A DNA stretch of 64,000 nt from a candidate division WOR-3 bacterium (GCA_027053075.1 JALUEE010000078.1:32001-96000), one strand, 5' to 3'; positions 38,709 to 49,201 are shown, numbered from the stretch's first letter. The notes: a model not told the origin generated them from the sequence alone. Numbers and translations: made by a program.

Positions 38709-39872
38709 ATGGATTTTCAAAAAATGTTGATAGCAAAGAGAAACGACCAGATTACCTCCTTCATCGTGATGGAGATTCTGGAGAAAGCGGTGCGTCTCGA
38801 GCGTGAGGGGAAGAGTATCATTCATCTTGAAATAGGTGAACCTGACTTTGATACCCCGGAGCCCATCCGAAAGGCTGGTATCCGGGCCATAAAAGAGAGT
38901 AAAACCCACTACACGCCGAGCCTTGGAATCCCGCAGCTCCGAGAGGCAATAGCTGAATTTTACCACGATTACTACGGTGTAGATGTGTCTCCGGAGCGAG
39001 TGGTGGTAACAAACGGCACATCAGGGGCATTTTTACTCGTTATGGCTGCAATCCTTGACATAGGAGACGAGGTCATCTTCACTGATCCGGGATACCCCTG
39101 CTATCCAAATTTTGCACGAAGCTTTGATGCAAATCCCGTGTTTGTCCCGGTTTACGAAGAAGAAAACTTCGAAGTGGATATCAAGCGCCTAAAAGAGGCT
39201 TTGAGTCCCCGCACAAAGGCAATTCTTATCGCCTCACCAGCTAATCCCACGGGAACACTTACAAGCCCCGAAAAACTGAAAGAGGCCCTTGAGCTTGTAC
39301 CGTTTTTCATTTCAGATGAAATTTATCACGGCCTCGTATATGAAGGGGAGGAACACACTGTGCTGGAATTTTCAGATAGGGCAATTGTGATAAATGGATT
39401 CTCAAAGCTCTTTGCCATGACCGGATGGAGGCTCGGCTGGGTCATCGTGCCAGAGGATTTATTGAAAACCATCCATAAACTTGCTCAGAACCTGTTTATC
39501 TGTCCAAACTCAATTTCGCAGTATGCTGCTCTGGCAGCCTTTAAAGAAAGCTGGGATTATGTTCTTGAAATGAAAGAAAAATACAACGAAAGACGACTTG
39601 AAATGATAAAGGGGCTCCGCGAGATTGGGTTTGAGATAAAGTCCACCCCGGCAGGTGCCTTTTACGTTTTTGCCAACATTTCAAAGTTTTCAGATGACTC
39701 TTTTAAATTTGCCCATGAGCTCCTGGACAATGCAGGAGTTGCGGCAACTCCGGGAGTTGACTTCGGGAAAAACAGGACCAATCATTATATCCGATTCTCT
39801 TATGCCAACTCCCTTGAGAATATCAGGGAAGCGATCGAAAGAATAAAAACTTATCTGAAGGAGAGAGCATGA
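38709..39872 (+). CDS. Class I/II PLP-dependent aminotransferase (AspC-like)
   Basis: EIGEPDFDTP, SPANPTG, SDEIYHGL, NGFSKLFAMTGWRLG. Confidence 0.92.
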   Translation: MDFQKMLIAKRNDQITSFIVMEILEKAVRLEREGKSIIHLEIGEPDFDTPEPIRKAGIRAIKESKTHYTPSLGIPQLREAIAEFYHDYYGVDVSPERVVVTNGTSGAFLLVMAAILDIGDEVIFTDPGYPCYPNFARSFDANPVFVPVYEEENFEVDIKRLKEALSPRTKAILIASPANPTGTLTSPEKLKEALELVPFFISDEIYHGLVYEGEEHTVLEFSDRAIVINGFSKLFAMTGWRLGWVIVPEDLLKTIHKLAQNLFICPNSISQYAALAAFKESWDYVLEMKEKYNERRLEMIKGLREIGFEIKSTPAGAFYVFANISKFSDDSFKFAHELLDNAGVAATPGVDFGKNRTNHYIRFSYANSLENIREAIERIKTYLKERA

Positions 39873-40303
39873 GGTTACTAACAAGATCAAGATATGCGGT
39901 TAGAGCAATACTTGACCTTGCAATGAATCAGGATGATAAACCTGTGTTTATCAGGCAAATTGCTGAAAGAGAGGGGCTCTCCGAGCGGTATCTTGAGAAT
40001 CTTTTTCTCCAGCTTAAGAGAGCAGGGATTCTTGAAAGCTCGAAGGGACGCGGAGGTGGATTCAAACTGGCAAAGCCACCGGAAGAGATCACAATTCTCG
40101 AGATTGTCGAGGTGGTTGAAGGCAGGATTAGTCTTGTGGCTTGTGTGGAGGACGAATCCGTATGCGAAAATGTTGACATCTGTGCTCCACACGACCTTTG
40201 GAAAGAACTTGCTGAAAATATCAGGGATTTTTTGAGAAATTACACCCTTAAAGACCTTATCGAGTTACAGAAAGAAAAACTCCAGCGAGTTTTGGAGAAG
40301 TAA
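39869..40303 (+). CDS. Rrf2-family transcriptional regulator with three Cys
   Basis: RSRYAVRA, YLENLF..LKRAG...S.KGRGGG; C-terminal C-x6-C-x5-C. Confidence 0.9.
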   Translation: MRLLTRSRYAVRAILDLAMNQDDKPVFIRQIAEREGLSERYLENLFLQLKRAGILESSKGRGGGFKLAKPPEEITILEIVEVVEGRISLVACVEDESVCENVDICAPHDLWKELAENIRDFLRNYTLKDLIELQKEKLQRVLEK

Positions 40304-40519
40304 TACCAACACCTATTAAACACCGGGCTTATAAATTTTAAGCTGATTACAGTGGTGAGCAAATAAGTTTAGCCGATGGATGATGTAGAAAATTATCGGT
40401 CCCATTCTCATCTAACTCCACTTTGACGAAGGAGAAGGAATTCTTAGCTTACTGGTAAAGATTCCGTCCCTGCTGACTCGAGCAAGAATAGTGTTACCCT
40501 GGGGAAGGGATGTTCGGGG

Positions 40520-41002
40520 CAGGGTTTATCAATGCTAAACGCTATAAATTTTCCCGATTTGAACTATGCACACTTAAAGATAGCGCAAGAAAGGAAAATT
40601 TCGGTTTGTATAGACTTCCCCTCCTTCCCTTCGGGAAGGAGGGGGTTAGGGGAGAATGGGGAAAGCTAAATTTAGTAGGTTTGAGAGCCATGCGCACAAA
40701 ATTTCTGAGAATACAAGGACTGGACTTTTTGAAGTATTATAAAATTTCAGATGTCCCCATTCATCTAACTTCTCCCCGCAATTTCAAGACTTTTCCCTCC
40801 CCCGCTTGCGAAGCAAGCGGGGGAGGGGTAGGGAGGGGGCATTCCGCTTAAATTCTATAAAAATTTAAGATGTGGCCCCTCACCTCAATCCTCTCCCCGC
40901 AAAAAAATCTATGCGGGGAGAGGAAGTTTTCTGACGCGGGCAGGTGAATGACTTTCAATCAATATGGGTAAAAATTAGTGCAACCAGCATTGATAAGCCT
41001 TG
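40520..41002. mobile_element. MITE-like element (about 480 bp) with 17-bp terminal inverted repeats enclosing three hairpins
   Basis: CAGGGTTTATCAATGCT (40520-40536) vs reverse complement of 40986-41002, CAAGGCTTATCAATGCT (15/17); flanks GGGG and GGGT; hairpins near 40618, 40795 and 40890. Confidence 0.55.
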
Positions 41003-41088
41003 GGGTTGGGATGGAATGGGTGATTTTGGATTCATCTACACTATAGTGGAAATATTTGGATGATTCTTAATCGCTATTGTTATAAATT

Positions 41089-42063
41089 CTAATCCCCGAG
41101 GTGCCTATCCTTTTCGATGTAATCTTTTATATACTCGGAGATTGCATTTTCAAATGTGTAAAATTTCCCGGGATAGCCAAGACGACGAAGCTTTGAGATA
41201 TTTGCCTGTGTGAAATACTGATACCTCGACTTTAGCCATTCGGGCATATCCACAAATTCGATTTGAGGCTCCATGTTAAGGGCCCGGAAAACTGCATTTG
41301 CAAGATCATGCCAGCTGTGTGCACGCCCGGTACCTACATTGTAGATTCCATGGGCATTTTCAGATTTGTATAAAAACATAACTATCTCGACCACATCCTT
41401 GATGTAAATGAAATCTCTCTTCTGCTCCCCGTCTTTAAACTCTGGATTGTAGGATTTGAAAAGTCTGATTTTTCCTGTGTTTTTCACCTCTTCGTAAGCT
41501 TTTAACACTTTGCTCCGCATCTCTCCTTTGTGGTACTCATTGGGACCATATACGTTGAAGAACTTCAGTCCAATCACGTTTCTCAAAAGATTATTTTCGT
41601 ATAACCAGAGGTCAAAAAGGTGTTTTGAGAATGCATAGGGATTAAGGGGTCTTAATGAATGCAAAAGCACCTCATTGTCATCAAAGCCCAATTTTCCATC
41701 TCCATAGGTTGCTGCACTTGAAGCATAGATGAATTTGATCCCTCTTTTTATTGCGTATTGAGCCAGAACCTTTGAATAACGAAAGTTGTTTTCAATGAGG
41801 AATCCCGCGTCCTTTTCAAGCGTGTCACTCCTTGCCCCCATGTGAAAGATGGTATCGAGCCCCGGAATATCCTTATCCTGCTCGACTAATTTCAAGAATT
41901 CATCCTTCTCGATGTAATCCCGGAAGTAAAAGGGAGAAAGATTCTTCCATTTATCAGAGGTGGAGAGATGGTCAACGATAATGATGTCGCGTACATCTTC
42001 CTGGTTTAATCGCCACACAATGGCACTTCCTATAAAACCCGCACCACCAGTTACAACAATCAT
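41089..42063 (-). CDS. hldD: ADP-L-glycero-D-manno-heptose 6-epimerase
   Basis: VTGGAGFIGS, FHMGA, YASSAATYG, PLNPYAFSK, FFNVYGPNEYHKG.M, YQYFTQA. Confidence 0.95.
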   Translation of the reverse strand: MIVVTGGAGFIGSAIVWRLNQEDVRDIIIVDHLSTSDKWKNLSPFYFRDYIEKDEFLKLVEQDKDIPGLDTIFHMGARSDTLEKDAGFLIENNFRYSKVLAQYAIKRGIKFIYASSAATYGDGKLGFDDNEVLLHSLRPLNPYAFSKHLFDLWLYENNLLRNVIGLKFFNVYGPNEYHKGEMRSKVLKAYEEVKNTGKIRLFKSYNPEFKDGEQKRDFIYIKDVVEIVMFLYKSENAHGIYNVGTGRAHSWHDLANAVFRALNMEPQIEFVDMPEWLKSRYQYFTQANISKLRRLGYPGKFYTFENAISEYIKDYIEKDRHLGD

Positions 42064-42107
42064 GCATAAACTTTACATTAAGGATTGAATTATTTCAACG
42101 AGAAATT

Positions 42108-42252
42108 GAGCGCGTTCGAAAAATTTCAACTTAATTTGAAATTTTAAGAGGAATTCACTCACATATCTCCTTCCCCCACGCACGAAGTGTGTGGGGGGAA
42201 GGAGAGGATATTATCAGCTCTATTTACAAGTGTGAGCAAACTTCTGGAACGC
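42108..42252. repeat. Triloop-hairpin repeat with degenerate terminal inverted repeats
   Basis: GAGCGCGTTCGAAAAATTT left end; TCTCCTTCCCCCACGCAC-GAA-GTGTGTGGGGGGAAGGAGA; AAACTTCTGGAACGC right end. Confidence 0.65.
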
Positions 42253-42321
42253 CGAGAATAATGCACCTTTCCAAATTTTCTAATTTTCAAGCAAATCTCC
42301 CTGCCTCAAGTTAAAAAGAGT

Positions 42322-44256
42322 CTACCTGATGAGATACACACCCAATTGAACTTTGAAGACTTCCTTATCCTGCTTCAAATCAAAGCCCATACCTTCATCC
42401 TCGTAACGGCGATTAATAGCGAGGTAAATCCCTGAAAAAGCGGAGGGTTCGTAAGCCAGGATACCATTTAGCTGAAACTTTTTCTTATTCAGCATCCTGT
42501 CGTCGGTGTAGTTGAGATAAGGTTTTAAGAGGACTTTGTAAGGTAGAGGGATTTCACCATAAACCTGGGCAACACGCTTGTCATCGTAATTTGACTTGAA
42601 ATAGTCGAGTTTGAAACCAAGATTAACCCCGTAAAGGCTAACCGCAAATCCACCTTCAACCTTTTTCAGATCACCGCCGAGATAGCGGCCTTTATAAAAC
42701 TCAACGTACATGTTTTTCCAGGCAGAGATCTGATAGGCCAGTGCGAGCATGAGAAGGTTTACTCTGGTCTCAGGATAGTATCCTCTCAAATACCCCAAAT
42801 CCTGTGTAATATAGCCAATACCGCCAAGGTAGGGGAGTTTTCCACCGGAGAAGTAAAGCATCCCGCGATTTCTTACAAGAGTGTTGTCATAAAGGTCACG
42901 TGTTACTGAATAATTTGTGTGTACACCGAAATAGCGATTATTTTCACTGAATTTTTTGTAAACCGCAGCGACAAAGAACGACTTTACCCCATCGAAATAG
43001 AGGTTAAGCATGTTCAAAGGGGAAATGAATGCGCTGTCGATATAACTGCCCTCGAGTCTGAAAAGAAAGCCCTGAATTGGATTCCTATTTACCGCAAAGT
43101 GTATTAGATTGGAAGATTGGTCAAGTCTCCTTGAGAACTGAGCGCTGGCCGTGAGACTGTATTTTCTCAATGCATAAAAGATATCTCCTGAGACCACGTT
43201 GTAACCTATAGAATTTGCATCAAGAAAGGTACCAAAACTGAGGTTTTTTGAAGGAGAATATCTGATTCTTGTAAAAGAGACTGTCCCGAGCGAATCGTCA
43301 TCAACGTACCATATCCCGAAAGCACTCATGTCGCTCACGGAGTAAAACTTCAGTCCATAATTCGGATAGGCGAGGTTTCTTGTTCTGATCAGACCGATTG
43401 GAAGATTAAGAATTGACTTGCCTTCCACAAAAAACGGTCTTTTCTCTGGATAGTTTACCGGGAGACGTGATATATCGACCTTTATAATGTCTGCCTCTAC
43501 CTCAGAGAAGTCTGGCTTGTAGGTAAAATCCAGCAGGTCTCCTGAGCCTTTTTTGAATCTTGTAGTGAAGCCACTGCTAAATTGATAGGTTTTATCAGCA
43601 AATGGATTCCTTTCAATCCTTGTTGATGGAACAAAGTAAAGATTATAGTCACGGGTTTTCTTGATATAATTGAAGTCAAGCTCAAAGCTCAATGTGTTCC
43701 TTGGAGAAAGTTCCTTTGTGGGATAAAGTAGCTGAATGTGCGCGTTTTTTGAGATTACCCGCATCACCTGAAGGCCCCAAGGGGATTTTGTATAGGATAA
43801 GTTTTTGAAAGGTACAAAAACGAAGGCGTCCCAGTAGTCGGATTTCCTGTGAGTTTTTACCTTGATATTTGCATCCCATTCCGTGATTCCGTTACTGGTG
43901 TAAATTTTGTCAAGGATGGTGCCAAGAGGGTTAACACCTATGTAATAGGCGTTTCGTCTATCTGAAGTCGTAGAGACGAAGAAATAAACCGCGTCCTCTG
44001 CCTGTTTGAAAAGGGCATCGGAATCCCTTTTGCGGGAACTTGCATTTATACCCTCTTTCTGCCACATCCTGACATAGAAGACCAGCCCATCTTTTGTGTA
44101 ACCTAAATAAATCTGGCTCGAATCTGACGGCATGCTGTCCACTTTAGGGATAACTTCAATAAGTTTCAGATGGTCCTTTACAGTTAAGATTTGCTGGGGA
44201 ACCTCGAGTTTATGGAAGGTAAGATTGAACGACAGAAGAAACATTAACCAAAACAT
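42322..44256 (-). CDS. DUF5916-family outer-membrane protein with CBM9-like N-terminal domain
   Basis: GVNPLG...EWD...WD..VP; PDFSEVEAD...YPEKRPFFVEG...RTR. Confidence 0.75.
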   Translation of the reverse strand: MFWLMFLLSFNLTFHKLEVPQQILTVKDHLKLIEVIPKVDSMPSDSSQIYLGYTKDGLVFYVRMWQKEGINASSRKRDSDALFKQAEDAVYFFVSTTSDRRNAYYIGVNPLGTILDKIYTSNGITEWDANIKVKTHRKSDYWDAFVFVPFKNLSYTKSPWGLQVMRVISKNAHIQLLYPTKELSPRNTLSFELDFNYIKKTRDYNLYFVPSTRIERNPFADKTYQFSSGFTTRFKKGSGDLLDFTYKPDFSEVEADIIKVDISRLPVNYPEKRPFFVEGKSILNLPIGLIRTRNLAYPNYGLKFYSVSDMSAFGIWYVDDDSLGTVSFTRIRYSPSKNLSFGTFLDANSIGYNVVSGDIFYALRKYSLTASAQFSRRLDQSSNLIHFAVNRNPIQGFLFRLEGSYIDSAFISPLNMLNLYFDGVKSFFVAAVYKKFSENNRYFGVHTNYSVTRDLYDNTLVRNRGMLYFSGGKLPYLGGIGYITQDLGYLRGYYPETRVNLLMLALAYQISAWKNMYVEFYKGRYLGGDLKKVEGGFAVSLYGVNLGFKLDYFKSNYDDKRVAQVYGEIPLPYKVLLKPYLNYTDDRMLNKKKFQLNGILAYEPSAFSGIYLAINRRYEDEGMGFDLKQDKEVFKVQLGVYLIR

Positions 44257-44486
44257 AACTCACCTCCTTTTCAAATTAAGGGCAAAAGAGAAGTAAATAA
44301 AAGGATGGATTCCCCATCCCATCTTTGTTTCTCTTTATGACCCAGGGCAATCCATCTTTGTTTTTCAATTTGTAACCCCCAAGATCAAAATAAAATATTC
44401 AAATTCCAAGCAGGGATTATTATAAATTCAAATATCGAACTTTTGCAAGAGGGAAATTTTAATGGACAATGACTCGAAGTGAAAGC

Positions 44487-45443
44487 CTATAAATCAGCGA
44501 GGTGTTTTCTAAGTTTTTCTGCGGCTGTTTCAGGCGAAACGGTGTTAATGTAATATCCGGTTCCTACCTCAAAGCCAGCAAGCCCTACAAGTCTCGGTAA
44601 AATCTCTATATGCCAGTGAAAGTCATGGTCTTCAATTGAGTGAATTATGAGATTGTAAGAAAATCCGTTGAGTTCCATGCGGTAAGATTTGAGAAGCTTG
44701 AGTAGAAATTTGGCGAGGTATTTGAGGCGTTCATCACTTGCCTCTCCGAAGCTCGACTCGTGCTCCGATGGGACAATCCAGGATTCGTAGGAAAATCTTG
44801 AGCCAAAGGGAGCTATTGCCACAAATCCAGATTCGTTCATTATCAGGCGTTCTTTGGTTCTCACTTCAATATCCAGCACTCTGCATAGGGCTTTCCTCCT
44901 CTTCATGGCCTCCAATTCCCTTTTTATATGCTCGGGAATAGCCCTAAGAGCGAGTATCTGGGTGTGCGGATGCGGCAGAGATGCCCCTGCATATTTCCCC
45001 CAATTGCGAAAGATGTGCACATATCTGATACCGGGTTTGCCGATAAGCGCCCGGTATCGCTCTCTATAAACCCTTAAAATTTCAAAAAGATGCTCCTCGC
45101 TTTGATCTGCGAGGTCTTTAAAGTGGTCTGGAGTTTCGATTACGACCTCATGATATCCTGTAGCGAGCTCTCCCCTGTAAAACTTGTGCCTGAAGAACTT
45201 CTCATTGTGTTCCTTTGAAACCACTGCAGGGAATTTGTTTGGCACCACCCTGACAATCCACTTGCCGTTTCTTTCAACTCTCATAATTTCCGGCGGTGTC
45301 CTTTCTTCTCGTCCGGGGCAGAAGGGGCATGTGTCCACTGTGTGAGTATATTCATCTGGAGAAAACGCTATCGGTCTGAAACCGCGCTCAGGAGAGATTA
45401 TAACTGTAGAACCTGTGACAGGGTCGTGTCTGATTTCAGGCAT
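44487..45443 (-). CDS. GalT-like nucleotidyltransferase (second paralog)
   Basis: CPFCPG, RVVPNKFPA, HEVVIETPDH, GASLPHPHTQ, FHWHIE. Confidence 0.85.
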   Translation of the reverse strand: MPEIRHDPVTGSTVIISPERGFRPIAFSPDEYTHTVDTCPFCPGREERTPPEIMRVERNGKWIVRVVPNKFPAVVSKEHNEKFFRHKFYRGELATGYHEVVIETPDHFKDLADQSEEHLFEILRVYRERYRALIGKPGIRYVHIFRNWGKYAGASLPHPHTQILALRAIPEHIKRELEAMKRRKALCRVLDIEVRTKERLIMNESGFVAIAPFGSRFSYESWIVPSEHESSFGEASDERLKYLAKFLLKLLKSYRMELNGFSYNLIIHSIEDHDFHWHIEILPRLVGLAGFEVGTGYYINTVSPETAAEKLRKHLADL

Positions 45444-46845
45444 CCTTTAGTCCTTTCGACATCCTCAAGACAGAATTACGGAGTTGCCTGCGGCGGAATG
45501 CCACCTGACGTGCCATATTCTTTGTGAATACCCTGTACCAGGCCGGCCTTGTTACGTCTGTTGATCCGGGATGTTTTCTGTAACGATAGAGCACCTTGTG
45601 CACTCTTATAACCTGGTACTTTTCAGAGACTTTGAGTACCATGTCGTAGTCTTCACCGTAATTTCCGTAGTTCTCTTCGTCGAAAAGTCCCATTTCAAAA
45701 AGTACCTTTTTCCTCCAGGTGCGAACAGCACCCGCTCCTTCGACTCTTAGAATATTGTTTCTATCGTATTCGAGATGCCTGATGACCCCAAACTCCTTAA
45801 GAGGATTACCAGCCTCATCCATAAGCTCGTAGTATGAGATAGCAAGTCCTGCGTAAGGGTTTGATTCCAGTGCCTCCACCATGTAGCGAAGGGTATAGGG
45901 AAGATAAACATCGTCGGAATCAAGCTGCGAAATATATTTGCCACGCGCATTTCTTATCCCGGTATTGAGGGCAAGGGCAATGGTCCCGGTAGGATTTTGA
46001 AAGAGTTTTACCTTCCCGGTTTGTGTGTATTTTCTCACAATGTCCTGTGTGCCGTCAGTTGAACCATTATCAACAACAATAACCTCGTAAGAATCAAAGT
46101 CCTGGTTGAGCACACTTTCGATGGCAGTCCCAATAAACTTTGCCCGGTTTAACACGGGAATGACGACACTCACCATGAGCTCATAATTCTCGACGGGGTC
46201 ATAGACCTTCTCGTAGTGTCCATCGAGGAAAGCATCGTTCCGTAGGAGAAAATCTTTAAAAACCTTCTCGTATTCCATCTCTTCTTCGGGCTTGTAAAAA
46301 AGGTATCTAAAACTCCGTGAATGTAGTTTCTTAGCAAGCTCGTCATCTTCCACCTCAAGTGTGGAGTAAAGCGGCTCCTTAACGTGTACAAATGGAGATT
46401 TTCTGTCGATCATCTTGAGTTTAAGATCGTAGAGGTACGCGTAATTCAGTCTATCGAGTGCGTGGACCTCAATGGGTTGATTTAACACCATCACGTGACC
46501 GAAATCGAACCTTTCGGTAAAGTCACCGTTAAAATCAAAAAGGTCCTTCTTCTCACCGGCTTCGATATAATCAGAGTAAAGCCAGCAGCCGGTGCAGGTT
46601 GAAATCTTTTCAAGAAAGTTATCGGCTGGAACGATCGCCGGTGAGGCGAAAATAAGAGAATATCCTGCATCGAGGAGACTGTTTATCATAGCGCCGACAT
46701 TCGCGCGAGGATAAGTCTCAATTCCATCGATTTCCGTATCCGAGATGGCAATTACTTTTTCTGCAAACTTAAAATTTTTTGCTCCCTTTTTGACAAACTG
46801 CTTCTCTTCTGGATTTAAAAGGTCAAAGATTACTGCGTACATCAA
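45436..46845 (-). CDS. Glycosyltransferase family 2
   Basis: VSVVIPVLNR, VVDNGSTDGT, QLDSDD, GEDYD. Confidence 0.88.
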   Translation of the reverse strand: MMYAVIFDLLNPEEKQFVKKGAKNFKFAEKVIAISDTEIDGIETYPRANVGAMINSLLDAGYSLIFASPAIVPADNFLEKISTCTGCWLYSDYIEAGEKKDLFDFNGDFTERFDFGHVMVLNQPIEVHALDRLNYAYLYDLKLKMIDRKSPFVHVKEPLYSTLEVEDDELAKKLHSRSFRYLFYKPEEEMEYEKVFKDFLLRNDAFLDGHYEKVYDPVENYELMVSVVIPVLNRAKFIGTAIESVLNQDFDSYEVIVVDNGSTDGTQDIVRKYTQTGKVKLFQNPTGTIALALNTGIRNARGKYISQLDSDDVYLPYTLRYMVEALESNPYAGLAISYYELMDEAGNPLKEFGVIRHLEYDRNNILRVEGAGAVRTWRKKVLFEMGLFDEENYGNYGEDYDMVLKVSEKYQVIRVHKVLYRYRKHPGSTDVTRPAWYRVFTKNMARQVAFRRRQLRNSVLRMSKGLKDA

Positions 46846-47826
46846 CTATCCCCAGCGAATGATATTGGCGCCCCATGTGAATCCGGCACCAAAGGAAACG
46901 GTTAGAACAAGGTCACCTTTCTTCAGGAGACCCTTTTGTTTCATCTCTGTGAGGGCTATGGGGATGGATGCTGCGCTTGTATTCCCGTATTTGTCAATGT
47001 TAATGTAAACCTTCTCAGGTGGTAGCCCCAGCTTTTCCCTTGTGGCATCAATGATTCTCACGTTTGCCTGGTGAGGAACAAGCCACGTGATATCTTCCTT
47101 TTTCAATTCAGCCTGCTCGAGAACCTTTAAAGCTGCCTTTTGCATGTTTAATACAGCGTATTTGAAGACCTCACGACCTTTCATAACCGTGTAATGCAAT
47201 CTTTTCTCAACAGTTTCACGTGAAGCAGGCATCCTCGAACCACCGGCAGGCAGGTAAAGCAGGTCTCCAAGATTCCCATCCCCACCAAGGTGAGATGTTA
47301 TAATCCCATAGGGGGTGTCATCCATAGTGAGGACAGCGGCTCCCGCACCGTCACCGAATAGAACGTAGGTGGCACGGTCTTCCGGGTCCATGAATTTTGT
47401 CAAATTTTCAGCACCAATCACAAGTATTTTCTTGTAGTTTGGAAGATGGAGTAATCCTCTTGCCACCTCAAGTCCGTAGATAAAACCAGGACATGCAGCT
47501 TCCATGTCAAAGCAGGGTTTGCCCTTGATACCAAGATTTTTCTGCACGAGACACGCTGTTGCGGGATAAAACATATCAGGTGATGCTGTACCGACGATAA
47601 TCATATCGAGTTCTTCTGGAGTAACTCCAGCATCTTTCAAAGCCATTTTTGCAGCTTCTGTCGCAAGGTCTGATGTTGCCATTTCAGGGGGCGCAATTCT
47701 ACGCTCCACTATTCCTGTCCTCGTTCTTATCCATTCATCAGAGGTATCCAGGAACTTCTCAAGATCAAAATTTGTCACGACATTTTCGGGGACATAACTC
47801 CCTATACCGATAATTCTTACACCCAT
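46846..47826 (-). CDS. fabH: 3-oxoacyl-ACP synthase III
   Basis: DTSDEWIRTRTGI, AACPGF, LFGDGAGA, PHQAN, GNTSAASIP, FGAGFTWG. Confidence 0.96.
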   Translation of the reverse strand: MGVRIIGIGSYVPENVVTNFDLEKFLDTSDEWIRTRTGIVERRIAPPEMATSDLATEAAKMALKDAGVTPEELDMIIVGTASPDMFYPATACLVQKNLGIKGKPCFDMEAACPGFIYGLEVARGLLHLPNYKKILVIGAENLTKFMDPEDRATYVLFGDGAGAAVLTMDDTPYGIITSHLGGDGNLGDLLYLPAGGSRMPASRETVEKRLHYTVMKGREVFKYAVLNMQKAALKVLEQAELKKEDITWLVPHQANVRIIDATREKLGLPPEKVYINIDKYGNTSAASIPIALTEMKQKGLLKKGDLVLTVSFGAGFTWGANIIRWG

Positions 47827-47963
47827 TTTCTCTCGCTCCAGGGGAAACGTTGAAAATAAATGTTAATCACTGGCAGTTAGATTAATCAAGTATTTTATGC
47901 GTGAATCCTACTTTCTTGCCGTTATCCATGCGGTATTTAAAAACTTTGAAGAAGTCAGTCATG

Positions 47964-48014
47964 TGTTTTTCCTGGGGGGCCACGCACTTCGTGCGTGGCC
48001 CCCCAGGAAAAACA
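47964..48014. repeat. Perfect 24-bp-stem triloop hairpin between divergent fabH and the chelatase-like gene
   Basis: TGTTTTTCCTGGGGGGCCACGCAC-TTC-GTGCGTGGCCCCCCAGGAAAAACA. Confidence 0.9.
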
Positions 48015-48074
48015 ATTCCTTTATAAGATGCATCTAATGCTTTGAATCTCCCATCGTGCTTTTACAACTCTATT

Positions 48075-48103
48075 TTGTCAAATTCCTCATGCAGGTGTAA
48101 AAT
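48075..48103 (+). promoter_or_regulatory. Sigma-70 promoter of the chelatase-like gene (near-leaderless)
   Basis: TTGTCA-N17-TAAAAT, 9 nt before ATG 48113; no SD. Confidence 0.65.
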
Positions 48104-48112
48104 TTATATGAA

Positions 48113-49201
48113 ATGTTTCCTTTCACTGCCTTTGTCGATCAGGAAGATTTAAAGCTCGGCCTTCTCATTGCTGTGGTAAATCCAAAAGTCGGTGGTGTCC
48201 TTCTCACCGGTGAAAAGGGGACAGGTAAGACCACCCTCGTGCGCTCCCTCGCGGAAATATTACCCATGATCGAAGCTGTAAAAGGGTGCCCCTTCCATTG
48301 CTACCCCTACGATAAAAGACGTCAGTGCCCAGAGTGCCGAAAGAAAGAGCATATCGAGGTAGAAAAGATTCCCATGAAGATAGTGGAACTTCCCATTGGA
48401 GCCACAGAGGATATGGTTCTTGGCACCATCAATATTGAAAAGGCTGTGAAAGAAAAGACCATAAGCTTTGAAATTGGCATTCTTGGCCGTGCAAACAGGA
48501 ATATTCTCTACATCGACGAGGTGAATTTGCTTCCTGATTACCTGGTGGATGTCATCCTCGATGCTGCTGCAACGGGATGGAATACCGTTGAGCGTGAGGG
48601 AATTTCCTATTCTCACCCTGCAGAATTTATCCTCATTGGAAGTATGAATCCTGAGGAAGGAGACCTGCGACCCCAGTTGCTCGACAGATTTGGTCTGAGT
48701 ATTGAAGTTAAGCCTATAAGGGATCCAAAATTGAGAGTAGAAGTTTACAGACGACGTGAAGAGTACGACCGCGACCCCGAGGGTTTCAGGAAAAAGTGTG
48801 AAGATAAGCAGAATGAGCTTAAAATGCGAATTGCACATGCGAGGGAAATTCTGGACGAGGTTGAAATTCCAGAAAATGTAATGCTCCAGACTGCAGAGCT
48901 CATGATTTCTCTTGGTGTGAAGTCCAACCGTGCGGAAATAACAACCTTCCGTGCAGCAAAGGCAGTCGCAGCCCTTGATGGCAGAAAAATTGTAACCTGG
49001 GATGATGTAAAGAGGGTGGTAAAATTTGCCGTTGCTCATAGGATACCTGCCGATAAAAGAAGAGAAATCGATGGTTTACTCAAGGAGAAAATCGAGGAAA
49101 AGGTGGTAGTTCCAGAGAATAAGGGGCCTCAAAAGACCACCCGTGGAATAATTGATTTCTTTGTTCAAAAGGTGAAGGGTAACAGCGAAAAAAAAAGTTA
49201 G
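48113..49201 (+). CDS. Chelatase ChlI/BchI-like AAA+ subunit (short product of a frameshifted chlD-like gene)
   Basis: FPFTAFVDQ, GEKGTGKTT, LYIDEVNLL, GSMNPEEGDLRPQLLDRFG. Confidence 0.9.
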   Translation: MFPFTAFVDQEDLKLGLLIAVVNPKVGGVLLTGEKGTGKTTLVRSLAEILPMIEAVKGCPFHCYPYDKRRQCPECRKKEHIEVEKIPMKIVELPIGATEDMVLGTINIEKAVKEKTISFEIGILGRANRNILYIDEVNLLPDYLVDVILDAAATGWNTVEREGISYSHPAEFILIGSMNPEEGDLRPQLLDRFGLSIEVKPIRDPKLRVEVYRRREEYDRDPEGFRKKCEDKQNELKMRIAHAREILDEVEIPENVMLQTAELMISLGVKSNRAEITTFRAAKAVAALDGRKIVTWDDVKRVVKFAVAHRIPADKRREIDGLLKEKIEEKVVVPENKGPQKTTRGIIDFFVQKVKGNSEKKS

